Assembly: GCF_009914755.1 (NCBI RefSeq)
Contig: NC_060941.1
Strand: one strand, 5' to 3'
DNA from: the human T2T-CHM13v2.0 reference genome, Homo sapiens
DNA length: 64,000 bases
Part shown: piece by piece, positions 11,401 through 26,400 of the stretch
How the letters are laid out: each line of letters opens with the position of its first letter
Numbering within the stretch: the first letter of the stretch is position 1
Notes under the pieces: model-generated
What the model was told of the DNA's origin: nothing
Seen by the model: the letters and a program-made list of their open reading frames with translations, nothing else
The model's database searches: none
Program-made: the position numbers and the translations under genes

Positions 11401-14400
11401 ATTTCGTTGGAAACGGGATAAACTGCACAGAACTAAACAGAAGCATTCTCAGAACCTTCTTCGTGATGTCTGCATTCAACTCACAGTGTGGAACCTTTCT
11501 TTGATAGTTCAGGTTTGAAACACTCTTTTTGTAGAAACTGCAAGGGGATAATTGCACTCTTTGAGGAGTACCGTAGTAAAGGAAATAACTTCCTATAAAA
11601 AGAAGACAGAAGCTTTCTCAGAAAATTCTTTGGGATGATTGAGTTGAACTCACAGAGCTGAGCATTCCTTGCGATGTAGCAGTTTAGAAACACACTTTCT
11701 GCAGAATCTGCAAGTGCATATTTGGACCTCTGTGAGGAATTCGTTGGAAACGGGATAATTTCAGCTGACTAAACAGAAGCAGTCTCAGAATCTTCTTTGT
11801 GATGTTTGCATTCAAATCCCCGAGTTGAACTTTCCTTTCAAAGTTCACGTTTGAAACACTCTTTTTGCAGGATCTACAAGTGGATATTTGGACCACTCTG
11901 TGTCCTTCGATCGAAACGGGTATATCTTCACATGACATCTAGACAGAAGCATCCTCAGAAGCTTCTCTGTGATGACTGCATTCAACTCACGGAGTTGAAC
12001 ACTCCTTTTGAGAGCGCAGTTTTGAAACTCTCTTTCTGTGGCATCTGCAAGGGGACATGTAGACCTCTTTGAAGATTTCGTTGGAAACGGAATCATCTTC
12101 ACATAAAAACTACACAGATGCATTCTCAGGAACTTTTTGGTGATGTTTGTATTCAACTCCCAGAGTTGAACTTTCCTTTGGAAAGAGCAGCTATGAAACA
12201 CTGTTTTTCTAGAATCTGCAAGTGGACGTTTGGAGGGCTTTGTGGTTTGTGGTGGAAAAGGAAATATCTTCACCTAAATACTAGATAGAAGCATTCTCAG
12301 AAACTGCTTTGTGATGATTGCATTCACCTCACAGAGTTGAACATTCCTATTGATAGAGCAGTTTGGAAACACTCTTGTTGTGGAATGTGCAAGTGGAGAT
12401 TTGGAGCGCTTTGAGGCCTATGGTAGTAAAGGGAATAGCTTCATAGAAAAACTAGACAGAAGCATTCTCAGAAAATACTTTGTGATGATTGAGTTTAACT
12501 CACAGAGCTGAACATTCCTTTGGATGGAGCAGGTTTGAGACACACTTTTTGTAGAATCTACAAGTGGATATTTGGACCTCTCTGAGGATTTCGTTGGAAA
12601 CGGGATAACTGCACCTAACTAAACGGAAGCATTCTCAGAAACTTCTTGGTGATGTTTGCATTCAAATCCCAGAGTTGAACCTTCCTTTGATAGTTCAGGT
12701 TTGAAACACTCTTTTTGTAGGATCTGCAAGTGGATATTTGGACCACTCTGTGGCCTTCGTTCGAAACGGGTATATCTTCGCATAAAATCTAGACAGAAGC
12801 CTTCTCAGAAACTTCTCTGTGATGATTGCATTCAACTCACAGAGTTGAACCCTCCTATGGATAGAGCAGTGTTGAAACTCTCTTTTTGTGGAATCTGCAA
12901 GTGGATACGTGGACCTCTCCGAAGATGTCTTTGGAAACGGGAATATCTTCACATAAAAACTAAACAGAAGCATTCTCAGAAACTTCTCTGTGATGTTTGT
13001 GTTCAACTCCCAGAGTTTCACATTGCTTTTCATAGAGTAGTTCTGAAACATGCTTTTCGTAGTGTCTACAAGTGGACATTTGGAGCGCTTTCAGGCCTGT
13101 GGTGGAAAACGAATTATGGTCACATAAAAACTGGAGAGAAGCATTGTCAGAAACTTCTTTGTGATGATTGCATTCAACTCACAGAGTTGAAGGTTCCTTT
13201 TCAAAGAGCAGTTTCCAATCACTCTTTCTGTGGAATCTGCAAGTGGATATTTGGACCTATTTTGAAGATTTCGTTGGAAACGGGAGAATCTTCACAGGAA
13301 AGCTAAACAGAAGCATTCTCAGAAACTTCTTTGTGATGCTTGCATTCAACTCACAGAGTTGAACTTTCCTTTCGAGAGAGAAGCTTTGAAACACTCTTTT
13401 TCCAGAATCTGCAAGTGGACATTTGGAGGGCTTTGAGGCCTGTGGTGGAAAAGGAATTATCTTCCCGTAAAAGCTAGATAGAAGCATTCTCAGAAACTAC
13501 TTTGTGATGATTGCATTCAAGTCACAGAGTTGAACATTCCCTTTGACAGAGCAGTTTGGAAACTCTCTTTGTGTAGAATCTGCAAGTGGAGATATGGACC
13601 GCTTTGAGGCCTATGGTAGTAAAGGAAATAGCTTCATATAAAAGCTAGACAGTAGCATTCACAGAAAACTCTTGGTGACGACTGAGTTTAACTCACAGAG
13701 CTGAACATTCCTTTGGATGGAGCAGTTTCGAAACACACTATTTGTAGAATGTGCAAGTGGATATTTAGGCCTCTCTGAGGATTTCGTTGGAAACGGGATA
13801 AACCGCACAGAACTAAACAGAAGCATTCTCAGAACCTTCTTCGTGATGTTTGCATTCAACTCACAGTGTTGAACCTTTCTTTGATAGTTCAGGTTTGAAA
13901 CGGTCTTTCTGTAGAAACTGCAAGTAGATATTTGGACCTCTCTGAGGATTTCGTTGGAAACGGGATAACCCGCACAGAACTAAAACAGAAGCATTCTCAG
14001 AACCCTCTTCGTGATGTTTGCATTCAACTCACAGTGCTGAACCTTTCTTTGATAGTTCAGCTTTGAAACACTCTTTTTGTAGAAACTGCAAGTGGATATT
14101 TGGTCCTCTCTGAGCATTTCGTTGGAAACGGGATAAACTGCACAGAACTAAACAGAAGCATTCTCAGAACCTTCTTCGTGATGTCTGCATTCAACTCACA
14201 GTGTGGAACCTTTCTTTGATAGTTCAGGTTTGAAACACTCTTTTTGTAGAAACTGCAAGGGGATAATTGCACTCTTTGAGGAGTACCGTAGTAAAGGAAA
14301 TAACTTCCTATAAAAAGAAGACAGAAGCTTTCTCAGAAAATTCTTTGGGATGATTGAGTTGAACTCACAGAGCTGAGCATTCCTTGCGATGTAGCAGTTT

Positions 14401-17400
14401 AGAAACACACTTTCTGCAGAATCTGCAAGTGCATATTTGGACCTCTGTGAGGAATTCGTTGGAAACGGGATAATTTCAGCTGACTAAACAGAAGCAGTCT
14501 CAGAATCTTCTTTGTGATGTTTGCATTCAAATCCCCGAGTTGAACTTTCCTTTCAAAGTTCACGTTTGAAACACTCTTTTTGCAGGATCTACAAGTGGAT
14601 ATTTGGACCACTCTGTGTCCTTCGATCGAAACGGGTATATCTTCACATGACATCTAGACAGAAGCATCCTCAGAAGCTTCTCTGTGATGACTGCATTCAA
14701 CTCACGGAGTTGAACACTCCTTTTGAGAGCGCAGTTTTGAAACTCTCTTTCTGTGGCATCTGCAAGGGGACATGTAGACCTCTTTGAAGATTTCGTTGGA
14801 AACGGAATCATCTTCACATAAAAACTACACAGATGCATTCTCAGGAACTTTTTGGTGATGTTTGTATTCAACTCCCAGAGTTGAACTTTCCTTTGGAAAG
14901 AGCAGCTATGAAACACTGTTTTTCTAGAATCTGCAAGTGGACGTTTGGAGGGCTTTGTGGTTTGTGGTGGAAAAGGAAATATCTTCACCTAAATACTAGA
15001 TAGAAGCATTCTCAGAAACTGCTTTGTGATGATTGCATTCACCTCACAGAGTTGAACATTCCTATTGATAGAGCAGTTTGGAAACACTCTTGTTGTGGAA
15101 TGTGCAAGTGGAGATTTGGAGCGCTTTGAGGCCTATGGTAGTAAAGGGAATAGCTTCATAGAAAAACTAGACAGAAGCATTCTCAGAAAATACTTTGTGA
15201 TGATTGAGTTTAACTCACAGAGCTGAACATTCCTTTGGATGGAGCAGGTTTGAGACACACTTTTTGTAGAATCTACAAGTGGATATTTGGACCTCTCTGA
15301 GGATTTCGTTGGAAACGGGATAACTGCACCTAACTAAACGGAAGCATTCTCAGAAACTTCTTGGTGATGTTTGCATTCAAATCCCAGAGTTGAACCTTCC
15401 TTTGATAGTTCAGGTTTGAAACACTCTTTTTGTAGGATCTGCAAGTGGATATTTGGACCACTCTGTGGCCTTCGTTCGAAACGGGTATATCTTCGCATAA
15501 AATCTAGACAGAAGCCTTCTCAGAAACTTCTCTGTGATGATTGCATTCAACTCACAGAGTTGAACCCTCCTATGGATAGAGCAGTGTTGAAACTCTCTTT
15601 TTGTGGAATCTGCAAGTGGATACGTGGACCTCTCCGAAGATGTCTTTGGAAACGGGAATATCTTCACATAAAAACTAAACAGAAGCATTCTCAGAAACTT
15701 CTCTGTGATGTTTGTGTTCAACTCCCAGAGTTTCACATTGCTTTTCATAGAGTAGTTCTGAAACATGCTTTTCGTAGTGTCTACAAGTGGACATTTGGAG
15801 CGCTTTCAGGCCTGTGGTGGAAAACGAATTATGGTCACATAAAAACTGGAGAGAAGCATTGTCAGAAACTTCTTTGTGATGATTGCATTCAACTCACAGA
15901 GTTGAAGGTTCCTTTTCAAAGAGCAGTTTCCAATCACTCTTTCTGTGGAATCTGCAAGTGGATATTTGGACCTATTTTGAAGATTTCGTTGGAAACGGGA
16001 GAATCTTCACAGGAAAGCTAAACAGAAGCATTCTCAGAAACTTCTTTGTGATGCTTGCATTCAACTCACAGAGTTGAACTTTCCTTTCGAGAGAGAAGCT
16101 TTGAAACACTCTTTTTCCAGAATCTGCAAGTGGACATTTGGAGGGCTTTGAGGCCTGTGGTGGAAAAGGAATTATCTTCCCGTAAAAGCTAGATAGAAGC
16201 ATTCTCAGAAACTACTTTGTGATGATTGCATTCAAGTCACAGAGTTGAACATTCCCTTTGACAGAGCAGTTTGGAAACTCTCTTTGTGTAGAATCTGCAA
16301 GTGGAGATATGGACCGCTTTGAGGCCTATGGTAGTAAAGGAAATAGCTTCATATAAAAGCTAGACAGTAGCATTCACAGAAAACTCTTGGTGACGACTGA
16401 GTTTAACTCACAGAGCTGAACATTCCTTTGGATGGAGCAGTTTCGAAACACACTATTTGTAGAATGTGCAAGTGGATATTTAGGCCTCTCTGAGGATTTC
16501 GTTGGAAACGGGATAAACCGCACAGAACTAAACAGAAGCATTCTCAGAACCTTCTTCGTGATGTTTGCATTCAACTCACAGTGTTGAACCTTTCTTTGAT
16601 AGTTCAGGTTTGAAACGGTCTTTCTGTAGAAACTGCAAGTAGATATTTGGACCTCTCTGAGGATTTCGTTGGAAACGGGATAACCCGCACAGAACTAAAA
16701 CAGAAGCATTCTCAGAACCCTCTTCGTGATGTTTGCATTCAACTCACAGTGCTGAACCTTTCTTTGATAGTTCAGCTTTGAAACACTCTTTTTGTAGAAA
16801 CTGCAAGTGGATATTTGGTCCTCTCTGAGGAATTCGTTGGAAACGGGATAAACTGCACAGAACTAAACAGAAGCATTCTCAGAACCTTCTTCGTGATGTC
16901 TGCATTCAACTCACAGTGTGGAACCTTTCTTTGATAGTTCAGGTTTGAAACACTCTTTTTGTAGAAACTGCAAGGGGATAATTGCACTCTTTGAGGAGTA
17001 CCGTAGTAAAGGAAATAACTTCCTATAAAAAGAAGACAGAAGCTTTCTCAGAAAATTCTTTGGGATGATTGAGTTGAACTCACAGAGCTGAGCATTCCTT
17101 GCGATGTAGCAGTTTAGAAACACACTTTCTGCAGAATCTGCAAGTGCATATTTGGACCTCTGTGAGGAATTCGTTGGAAACGGGATAATTTCAGCTGACT
17201 AAACAGAAGCAGTCTCAGAATCTTCTTTGTGATGTTTGCATTCAAATCCCCGAGTTGAACTTTCCTTTCAAAGTTCACGTTTGAAACACTCTTTTTGCAG
17301 GATCTACAAGTGGATATTTGGACCACTCTGTGTCCTTCGATCGAAACGGGTATATCTTCACATGACATCTAGACAGAAGCATCCTCAGAAGCTTCTCTGT

Positions 17401-20400
17401 GATGACTGCATTCAACTCACGGAGTTGAACACTCCTTTTGAGAGCGCAGTTTTGAAACTCTCTTTCTGTGGCATCTGCAAGGGGACATGTAGACCTCTTT
17501 GAAGATTTCGTTGGAAACGGAATCATCTTCACATAAAAACTACACAGATGCATTCTCAGGAACTTTTTGGTGATGTTTGTATTCAACTCCCAGAGTTGAA
17601 CTTTCCTTTGGAAAGAGCAGCTATGAAACACTGTTTTTCTAGAATCTGCAAGTGGACGTTTGGAGGGCTTTGTGGTTTGTGGTGGAAAAGGAAATATCTT
17701 CACCTAAATACTAGATAGAAGCATTCTCAGAAACTGCTTTGTGATGATTGCATTCACCTCACAGAGTTGAACATTCCTATTGATAGAGCAGTTTGGAAAC
17801 ACTCTTGTTGTGGAATGTGCAAGTGGAGATTTGGAGCGCTTTGAGGCCTATGGTAGTAAAGGGAATAGCTTCATAGAAAAACTAGACAGAAGCATTCTCA
17901 GAAAATACTTTGTGATGATTGAGTTTAACTCACAGAGCTGAACATTCCTTTGGATGGAGCAGGTTTGAGACACACTTTTTGTAGAATCTACAAGTGGATA
18001 TTTGGACCTCTCTGAGGATTTCGTTGGAAACGGGATAACTGCACCTAACTAAACGGAAGCATTCTCAGAAACTTCTTGGTGATGTTTGCATTCAAATCCC
18101 AGAGTTGAACCTTCCTTTGATAGTTCAGGTTTGAAACACTCTTTTTGTAGGATCTGCAAGTGGATATTTGGACCACTCTGTGGCCTTCGTTCAAAACGGG
18201 TATATCTTCGCATAAAATCTAGACAGAAGCCTTCTCAGAAACTTCTCTGTGATGATTGCATTCAACTCACAGAGTTGAACCCTCCTATGGATAGAGCAGT
18301 GTTGAAACTCTCTTTTTGTGGAATCTGCAAGTGGATACGTGGACCTCTCCGAAGATGTCTTTGGAAACGGGAATATCTTCACATAAAAACTAAACAGAAG
18401 CATTCTCAGAAACTTCTCTGTGATGTTTGTGTTCAACTCCCAGAGTTTCACATTGCTTTTCATAGAGTAGTTCTGAAACATGCTTTTCGTAGTGTCTACA
18501 AGTGGACATTTGGAGCGCTTTCAGGCCTGTGGTGGAAAACGAATTATGGTCACATAAAAACTGGAGAGAAGCATTGTCAGAAACTTCTTTGTGATGATTG
18601 CATTCAACTCACAGAGTTGAAGGTTCCTTTTCAAAGAGCAGTTTCCAATCACTCTTTCTGTGGAATCTGCAAGTGGATATTTGGACCTATTTTGAAGATT
18701 TCGTTGGAAACGGGAGAATCTTCACAGGAAAGCTAAACAGAAGCATTCTCAGAAACTTCTTTGTGATGCTTGCATTCAACTCACAGAGTTGAACTTTCCT
18801 TTCGAGAGAGAAGCTTTGAAACACTCTTTTTCCAGAATCTGCAAGTGGACATTTGGAGGGCTTTGAGGCCTGTGGTGGAAAAGGAATTATCTTCCCGTAA
18901 AAGCTAGATAGAAGCATTCTCAGAAACTACTTTGTGATGATTGCATTCAAGTCACAGAGTTGAACATTCCCTTTGACAGAGCAGTTTGGAAACTCTCTTT
19001 GTGTAGAATCTGCAAGTGGAGATATGGACCGCTTTGAGGCCTATGGTAGTAAAGGAAATAGCTTCATATAAAAGCTAGACAGTAGCATTCACAGAAAACT
19101 CTTGGTGACGACTGAGTTTAACTCACAGAGCTGAACATTCCTTTGGATGGAGCAGTTTCGAAACACACTATTTGTAGAATGTGCAAGTGGATATTTAGGC
19201 CTCTCTGAGGATTTCGTTGGAAACGGGATAAACCGCACAGAACTAAACAGAAGCATTCTCAGAACCTTCTTCGTGATGTTTGCATTCAACTCACAGTGTT
19301 GAACCTTTCTTTGATAGTTCAGGTTTGAAACGGTCTTTCTGTAGAAACTGCAAGTAGATATTTGGACCTCTCTGAGGATTTCGTTGGAAACGGGATAACC
19401 CGCACAGAACTAAAACAGAAGCATTCTCAGAACCCTCTTCGTGATGTTTGCATTCAACTCACAGTGCTGAACCTTTCTTTGATAGTTCAGCTTTGAAACA
19501 CTCTTTTTGTAGAAACTGCAAGTGGATATTTGGTCCTCTCTGAGGAATTCGTTGGAAACGGGATAAACTGCACAGAACTAAACAGAAGCATTCTCAGAAC
19601 CTTCTTCGTGATGTCTGCATTCAACTCACAGTGTGGAACCTTTCTTTGATAGTTCAGGTTTGAAACACTCTTTTTGTAGAAACTGCAAGGGGATAATTGC
19701 ACTCTTTGAGGAGTACCGTAGTAAAGGAAATAACTTCCTATAAAAAGAAGACAGAAGCTTTCTCAGAAAATTCTTTGGGATGATTGAGTTGAACTCACAG
19801 AGCTGAGCATTCCTTGCGATGTAGCAGTTTAGAAACACACTTTCTGCAGAATCTGCAAGTGCATATTTGGACCTCTGTGAGGAATTCGTTGGAAACGGGA
19901 TAATTTCAGCTGACTAAACAGAAGCAGTCTCAGAATCTTCTTTGTGATGTTTGCATTCAAATCCCCGAGTTGAACTTTCCTTTCAAAGTTCACGTTTGAA
20001 ACACTCTTTTTGCAGGATCTACAAGTGGATATTTGGACCACTCTGTGTCCTTCGTTCGAAACGGGTATATCTTCACATGACATCTAGACAGAAGCATCCT
20101 CAGAAGCTTCTCTGTGATGACTGCATTCAACTCACGGAGTTGAACACTCCTTTTGAGAGCGCAGTTTTGAAACTCTCTTTCTGTGGCATCTGCAAGGGGA
20201 CATGTAGACCTCTTTGAAGATTTCGTTGGAAACGGAATCATCTTCACATAAAAACTACACAGATGCATTCTCAGGAACTTTTTGGTGATGTTTGTATTCA
20301 ACTCCCAGAGTTGAACTTTCCTTTGGAAAGAGCAGCTATGAAACACTGTTTTTCTAGAATCTGCAAGTGGACGTTTGGAGGGCTTTGTGGTTTGTGGTGG

Positions 20401-23400
20401 AAAAGGAAATATCTTCACCTAAATACTAGATAGAAGCATTCTCAGAAACTGCTTTGTGATGATTGCATTCACCTCACAGAGTTGAACATTCCTATTGATA
20501 GAGCAGTTTGGAAACACTCTTGTTGTGGAATGTGCAAGTGGAGATTTGGAGCGCTTTGAGGCCTATGGTAGTAAAGGGAATAGCTTCATAGAAAAACTAG
20601 ACAGAAGCATTCTCAGAAAATACTTTGTGATGATTGAGTTTAACTCACAGAGCTGAACATTCCTTTGGATGGAGCAGGTTTGAGACACACTTTTTGTAGA
20701 ATCTACAAGTGGATATTTGGACCTCTCTGAGGATTTCGTTGGAAACGGGATAACTGCACCTAACTAAACGGAAGCATTCTCAGAAACTTCTTGGTGATGT
20801 TTGCATTCAAATCCCAGAGTTGAACCTTCCTTTGATAGTTCAGGTTTGAAACACTCTTTTTGTAGGATCTGCAAGTGGATATTTGGACCACTCTGTGGCC
20901 TTCGTTCGAAACGGGTATATCTTCGCATAAAATCTAGACAGAAGCCTTCTCAGAAACTTCTCTGTGATGATTGCATTCAACTCACAGAGTTGAACCCTCC
21001 TATGGATAGAGCAGTGTTGAAACTCTCTTTTTGTGGAATCTGCAAGTGGATACGTGGACCTCTCCGAAGATGTCTTTGGAAACGGGAATATCTTCACATA
21101 AAAACTAAACAGAAGCATTCTCAGAAACTTCTCTGTGATGTTTGTGTTCAACTCCCAGAGTTTCACATTGCTTTTCATAGAGTAGTTCTGAAACATGCTT
21201 TTCGTAGTGTCTACAAGTGGACATTTGGAGCGCTTTCAGGCCTGTGGTGGAAAACGAATTATGGTCACATAAAAACTGGAGAGAAGCATTGTCAGAAACT
21301 TCTTTGTGATGATTGCATTCAACTCACAGAGTTGAAGGTTCCTTTTCAAAGAGCAGTTTCCAATCACTCTTTCTGTGGAATCTGCAAGTGGATATTTGGA
21401 CCTATTTTGAAGATTTCGTTGGAAACGGGAGAATCTTCACAGGAAAGCTAAACAGAAGCATTCTCAGAAACTTCTTTGTGATGCTTGCATTCAACTCACA
21501 GAGTTGAACTTTCCTTTCGAGAGAGAAGCTTTGAAACACTCTTTTTCCAGAATCTGCAAGTGGACATTTGGAGGGCTTTGAGGCCTGTGGTGGAAAAGGA
21601 ATTATCTTCCCGTAAAAGCTAGATAGAAGCATTCTCAGAAACTACTTTGTGATGATTGCATTCAAGTCACAGAGTTGAACATTCCCTTTGACAGAGCAGT
21701 TTGGAAACTCTCTTTGTGTAGAATCTGCAAGTGGAGATATGGACCGCTTTGAGGCCTATGGTAGTAAAGGAAATAGCTTCATATAAAAGCTAGACAGTAG
21801 CATTCACAGAAAACTCTTGGTGACGACTGAGTTTAACTCACAGAGCTGAACATTCCTTTGGATGGAGCAGTTTCGAAACACACTATTTGTAGAATGTGCA
21901 AGTGGATATTTAGGCCTCTCTGAGGATTTCGTTGGAAACGGGATAAACCGCACAGAACTAAACAGAAGCATTCTCAGAACCTTCTTCGTGATGTTTGCAT
22001 TCAACTCACAGTGTTGAACCTTTCTTTGATAGTTCAGGTTTGAAACGGTCTTTCTGTAGAAACTGCAAGTAGATATTTGGACCTCTCTGAGGATTTCGTT
22101 GGAAACGGGATAACCCGCACAGAACTAAAACAGAAGCATTCTCAGAACCCTCTTCGTGATGTTTGCATTCAACTCACAGTGCTGAACCTTTCTTTGATAG
22201 TTCAGCTTTGAAACACTCTTTTTGTAGAAACTGCAAGTGGATATTTGGTCCTCTCTGAGGAATTCGTTGGAAACGGGATAAACTGCACAGAACTAAACAG
22301 AAGCATTCTCAGAACCTTCTTCGTGATGTCTGCATTCAACTCACAGTGTGGAACCTTTCTTTGATAGTTCAGGTTTGAAACACTCTTTTTGTAGAAACTG
22401 CAAGGGGATAATTGCACTCTTTGAGGAGTACCGTAGTAAAGGAAATAACTTCCTATAAAAAGAAGACAGAAGCTTTCTCAGAAAATTCTTTGGGATGATT
22501 GAGTTGAACTCACAGAGCTGAGCATTCCTTGCGATGTAGCTGTTTAGAAACACACTTTCTGCAGAATCTGCAAGTGCATATTTGGACCTCTGTGAGGAAT
22601 TCGTTGGAAACGGGATAATTTCAGCTGACTAAACAGAAGCAGTCTCAGAATCTTCTTTGTGATGTTTGCATTCAAATCCCCGAGTTGAACTTTCCTTTCA
22701 AAGTTCACGTTTGAAACACTCTTTTTGCAGGATCTACAAGTGGATATTTGGACCACTCTGTGTCCTTCGTTCGAAACGGGTATATCTTCACATGACATCT
22801 AGACAGAAGCACTCTCAGAAGCTTCTCTGTGATGACTGCATTCAACTCACGGAGTTGAACACTCCTTTTGAGAGCGCAGTTTTGAAACTCTCTTTCTGTG
22901 GCATCTGCAAGGGGACATGTAGACCTCTTTGAAGATTTCGTTGGAAACGGAATCATCTTCACATAAAAACTACACAGATGCATTCTCAGGAACTTTTTGG
23001 TGATGTTTGTATTCAACTCCCAGAGTTGAACTTTCCTTTGGAAAGAGCAGCTATGAAACACTGTTTTTCTAGAATCTGCAAGTGGACGTTTGGAGGGCTT
23101 TGTGGTTTGTGGTGGAAAAGGAAATATCTTCACCTAAATACTAGATAGAAGCATTCTCAGAAACTGCTTTGTGATGATTGCATTCACCTCACAGAGTTGA
23201 ACATTCCTATTGATAGAGCAGTTTGGAAACACTCTTGTTGTGGAATGTGCAAGTGGAGATTTGGAGCGCTTTGAGGCCTATGGTAGTAAAGGGAATAGCT
23301 TCATAGAAAAACTAGACAGAAGCATTCTCAGAAAATACTTTGTGATGATTGAGTTTAACTCACAGAGCTGAACATTCCTTTGGATGGAGCAGGTTTGAGA

Positions 23401-26400
23401 CACACTTTTTGTAGAATCTACAAGTGGATATTTGGACCTCTCTGAGGATTTCGTTGGAAACGGGATAACTGCACCTAACTAAACGGAAGCATTCTCAGAA
23501 ACTTCTTGGTGATGTTTGCATTCAAATCCCAGAGTTGAACCTTCCTTTGATAGTTCAGGTTTGAAACACTCTTTTTGTAGGATCTGCAAGTGGATATTTG
23601 GACCACTCTGTGGCCTTCGTTCGAAACGGGTATATCTTCGCATAAAATCTAGACAGAAGCCTTCTCAGAAACTTCTCTGTGATGATTGCATTCAACTCAC
23701 AGAGTTGAACCCTCCTATGGATAGAGCAGTGTTGAAACTCTCTTTTTGTGGAATCTGCAAGTGGATACGTGGACCTCTCCGAAGATGTCTTTGGAAACGG
23801 GAATATCTTCACATAAAAACTAAACAGAAGCATTCTCAGAAACTTCTCTGTGATGTTTGTGTTCAACTCCCAGAGTTTCACATTGCTTTTCATAGAGTAG
23901 TTCTGAAACATGCTTTTCGTAGTGTCTACAAGTGGACATTTGGAGCGCTTTCAGGCCTGTGGTGGAAAACGAATTATGGTCACATAAAAACTGGAGAGAA
24001 GCATTGTCAGAAACTTCTTTGTGATGATTGCATTCAACTCACAGAGTTGAAGGTTCCTTTTCAAAGAGCAGTTTCCAATCACTCTTTCTGTGGAATCTGC
24101 AAGTGGATATTTGGACCTATTTTGAAGATTTCGTTGGAAACGGGAGAATCTTCACAGGAAAGCTAAACAGAAGCATTCTCAGAAACTTCTTTGTGATGCT
24201 TGCATTCAACTCACAGAGTTGAACTTTCCTTTCGAGAGAGAAGCTTTGAAACACTCTTTTTCCAGAATCTGCAAGTGGACATTTGGAGGGCTTTGAGGCC
24301 TGTGGTGGAAAAGGAATTATCTTCCCGTAAAAGCTAGATAGAAGCATTCTCAGAAACTACTTTGTGATGATTGCATTCAAGTCACAGAGTTGAACATTCC
24401 CTTTGACAGAGCAGTTTGGAAACTCTCTTTGTGTAGAATCTGCAAGTGGAGATATGGACCGCTTTGAGGCCTATGGTAGTAAAGGAAATAGCTTCATATA
24501 AAAGCTAGACAGTAGCATTCACAGAAAACTCTTGGTGACGACTGAGTTTAACTCACAGAGCTGAACATTCCTTTGGATGGAGCAGTTTCGAAACACACTA
24601 TTTGTAGAATGTGCAAGTGGATATTTAGGCCTCTCTGAGGATTTCGTTGGAAACGGGATAAACCGCACAGAACTAAACAGAAGCATTCTCAGAACCTTCT
24701 TCGTGATGTTTGCATTCAACTCACAGTGTTGAACCTTTCTTTGATAGTTCAGGTTTGAAACGGTCTTTCTGTAGAAACTGCAAGTAGATATTTGGACCTC
24801 TCTGAGGATTTCGTTGGAAACGGGATAACCCGCACAGAACTAAAACAGAAGCATTCTCAGAACCCTCTTCGTGATGTTTGCATTCAACTCACAGTGCTGA
24901 ACCTTTCTTTGATAGTTCAGCTTTGAAACACTCTTTTTGTAGAAACTGCAAGTGGATATTTGGTCCTCTCTGAGCATTTCGTTGGAAACGGGATAAACTG
25001 CACAGAACTAAACAGAAGCATTCTCAGAACCTTCTTCGTGATGTCTGCATTCAACTCACAGTGTGGAACCTTTCTTTGATAGTTCAGGTTTGAAACACTC
25101 TTTTTGTAGAAACTGCAAGGGGATAATTGCACTCTTTGAGGAGTACCGTAGTAAAGGAAATAACTTCCTATAAAAAGAAGACAGAAGCTTTCTCAGAAAA
25201 TTCTTTGGGATGATTGAGTTGAACTCACAGAGCTGAGCATTCCTTGCGATGTAGCAGTTTAGAAACACACTTTCTGCAGAATCTGCAAGTGCATATTTGG
25301 ACCTCTGTGAGGAATTCGTTGGAAACGGGATAATTTCAGCTGACTAAACAGAAGCAGTCTCAGAATCTTCTTTGTGATGTTTGCATTCAAATCCCCGAGT
25401 TGAACTTTCCTTTCAAAGTTCACGTTTGAAACACTCTTTTTGCAGGATCTACAAGTGGATATTTGGACCACTCTGTGTCCTTCGATCGAAACGGGTATAT
25501 CTTCACATGACATCTAGACAGAAGCATCCTCAGAAGCTTCTCTGTGATGACTGCATTCAACTCACGGAGTTGAACACTCCTTTTGAGAGCGCAGTTTTGA
25601 AACTCTCTTTCTGTGGCATCTGCAAGGGGACATGTAGACCTCTTTGAAGATTTCGTTGGAAACGGAATCATCTTCACATAAAAACTACACAGATGCATTC
25701 TCAGGAACTTTTTGGTGATGTTTGTATTCAACTCCCAGAGTTGAACTTTCCTTTGGAAAGAGCAGCTATGAAACACTGTTTTTCTAGAATCTGCAAGTGG
25801 ACGTTTGGAGGGCTTTGTGGTTTGTGGTGGAAAAGGAAATATCTTCACCTAAATACTAGATAGAAGCATTCTCAGAAACTGCTTTGTGATGATTGCATTC
25901 ACCTCACAGAGTTGAACATTCCTATTGATAGAGCAGTTTGGAAACACTCTTGTTGTGGAATGTGCAAGTGGAGATTTGGAGCGCTTTGAGGCCTATGGTA
26001 GTAAAGGGAATAGCTTCATAGAAAAACTAGACAGAAGCATTCTCAGAAAATACTTTGTGATGATTGAGTTTAACTCACAGAGCTGAACATTCCTTTGGAT
26101 GGAGCAGGTTTGAGACACACTTTTTGTAGAATCTACAAGTGGATATTTGGACCTCTCTGAGGATTTCGTTGGAAACGGGATAACTGCACCTAACTAAACG
26201 GAAGCATTCTCAGAAACTTCTTGGTGATGTTTGCATTCAAATCCCAGAGTTGAACCTTCCTTTGATAGTTCAGGTTTGAAACACTCTTTTTGTAGGATCT
26301 GCAAGTGGATATTTGGACCACTCTGTGGCCTTCGTTCGAAACGGGTATATCTTCGCATAAAATCTAGACAGAAGCCTTCTCAGAAACTTCTCTGTGATGA

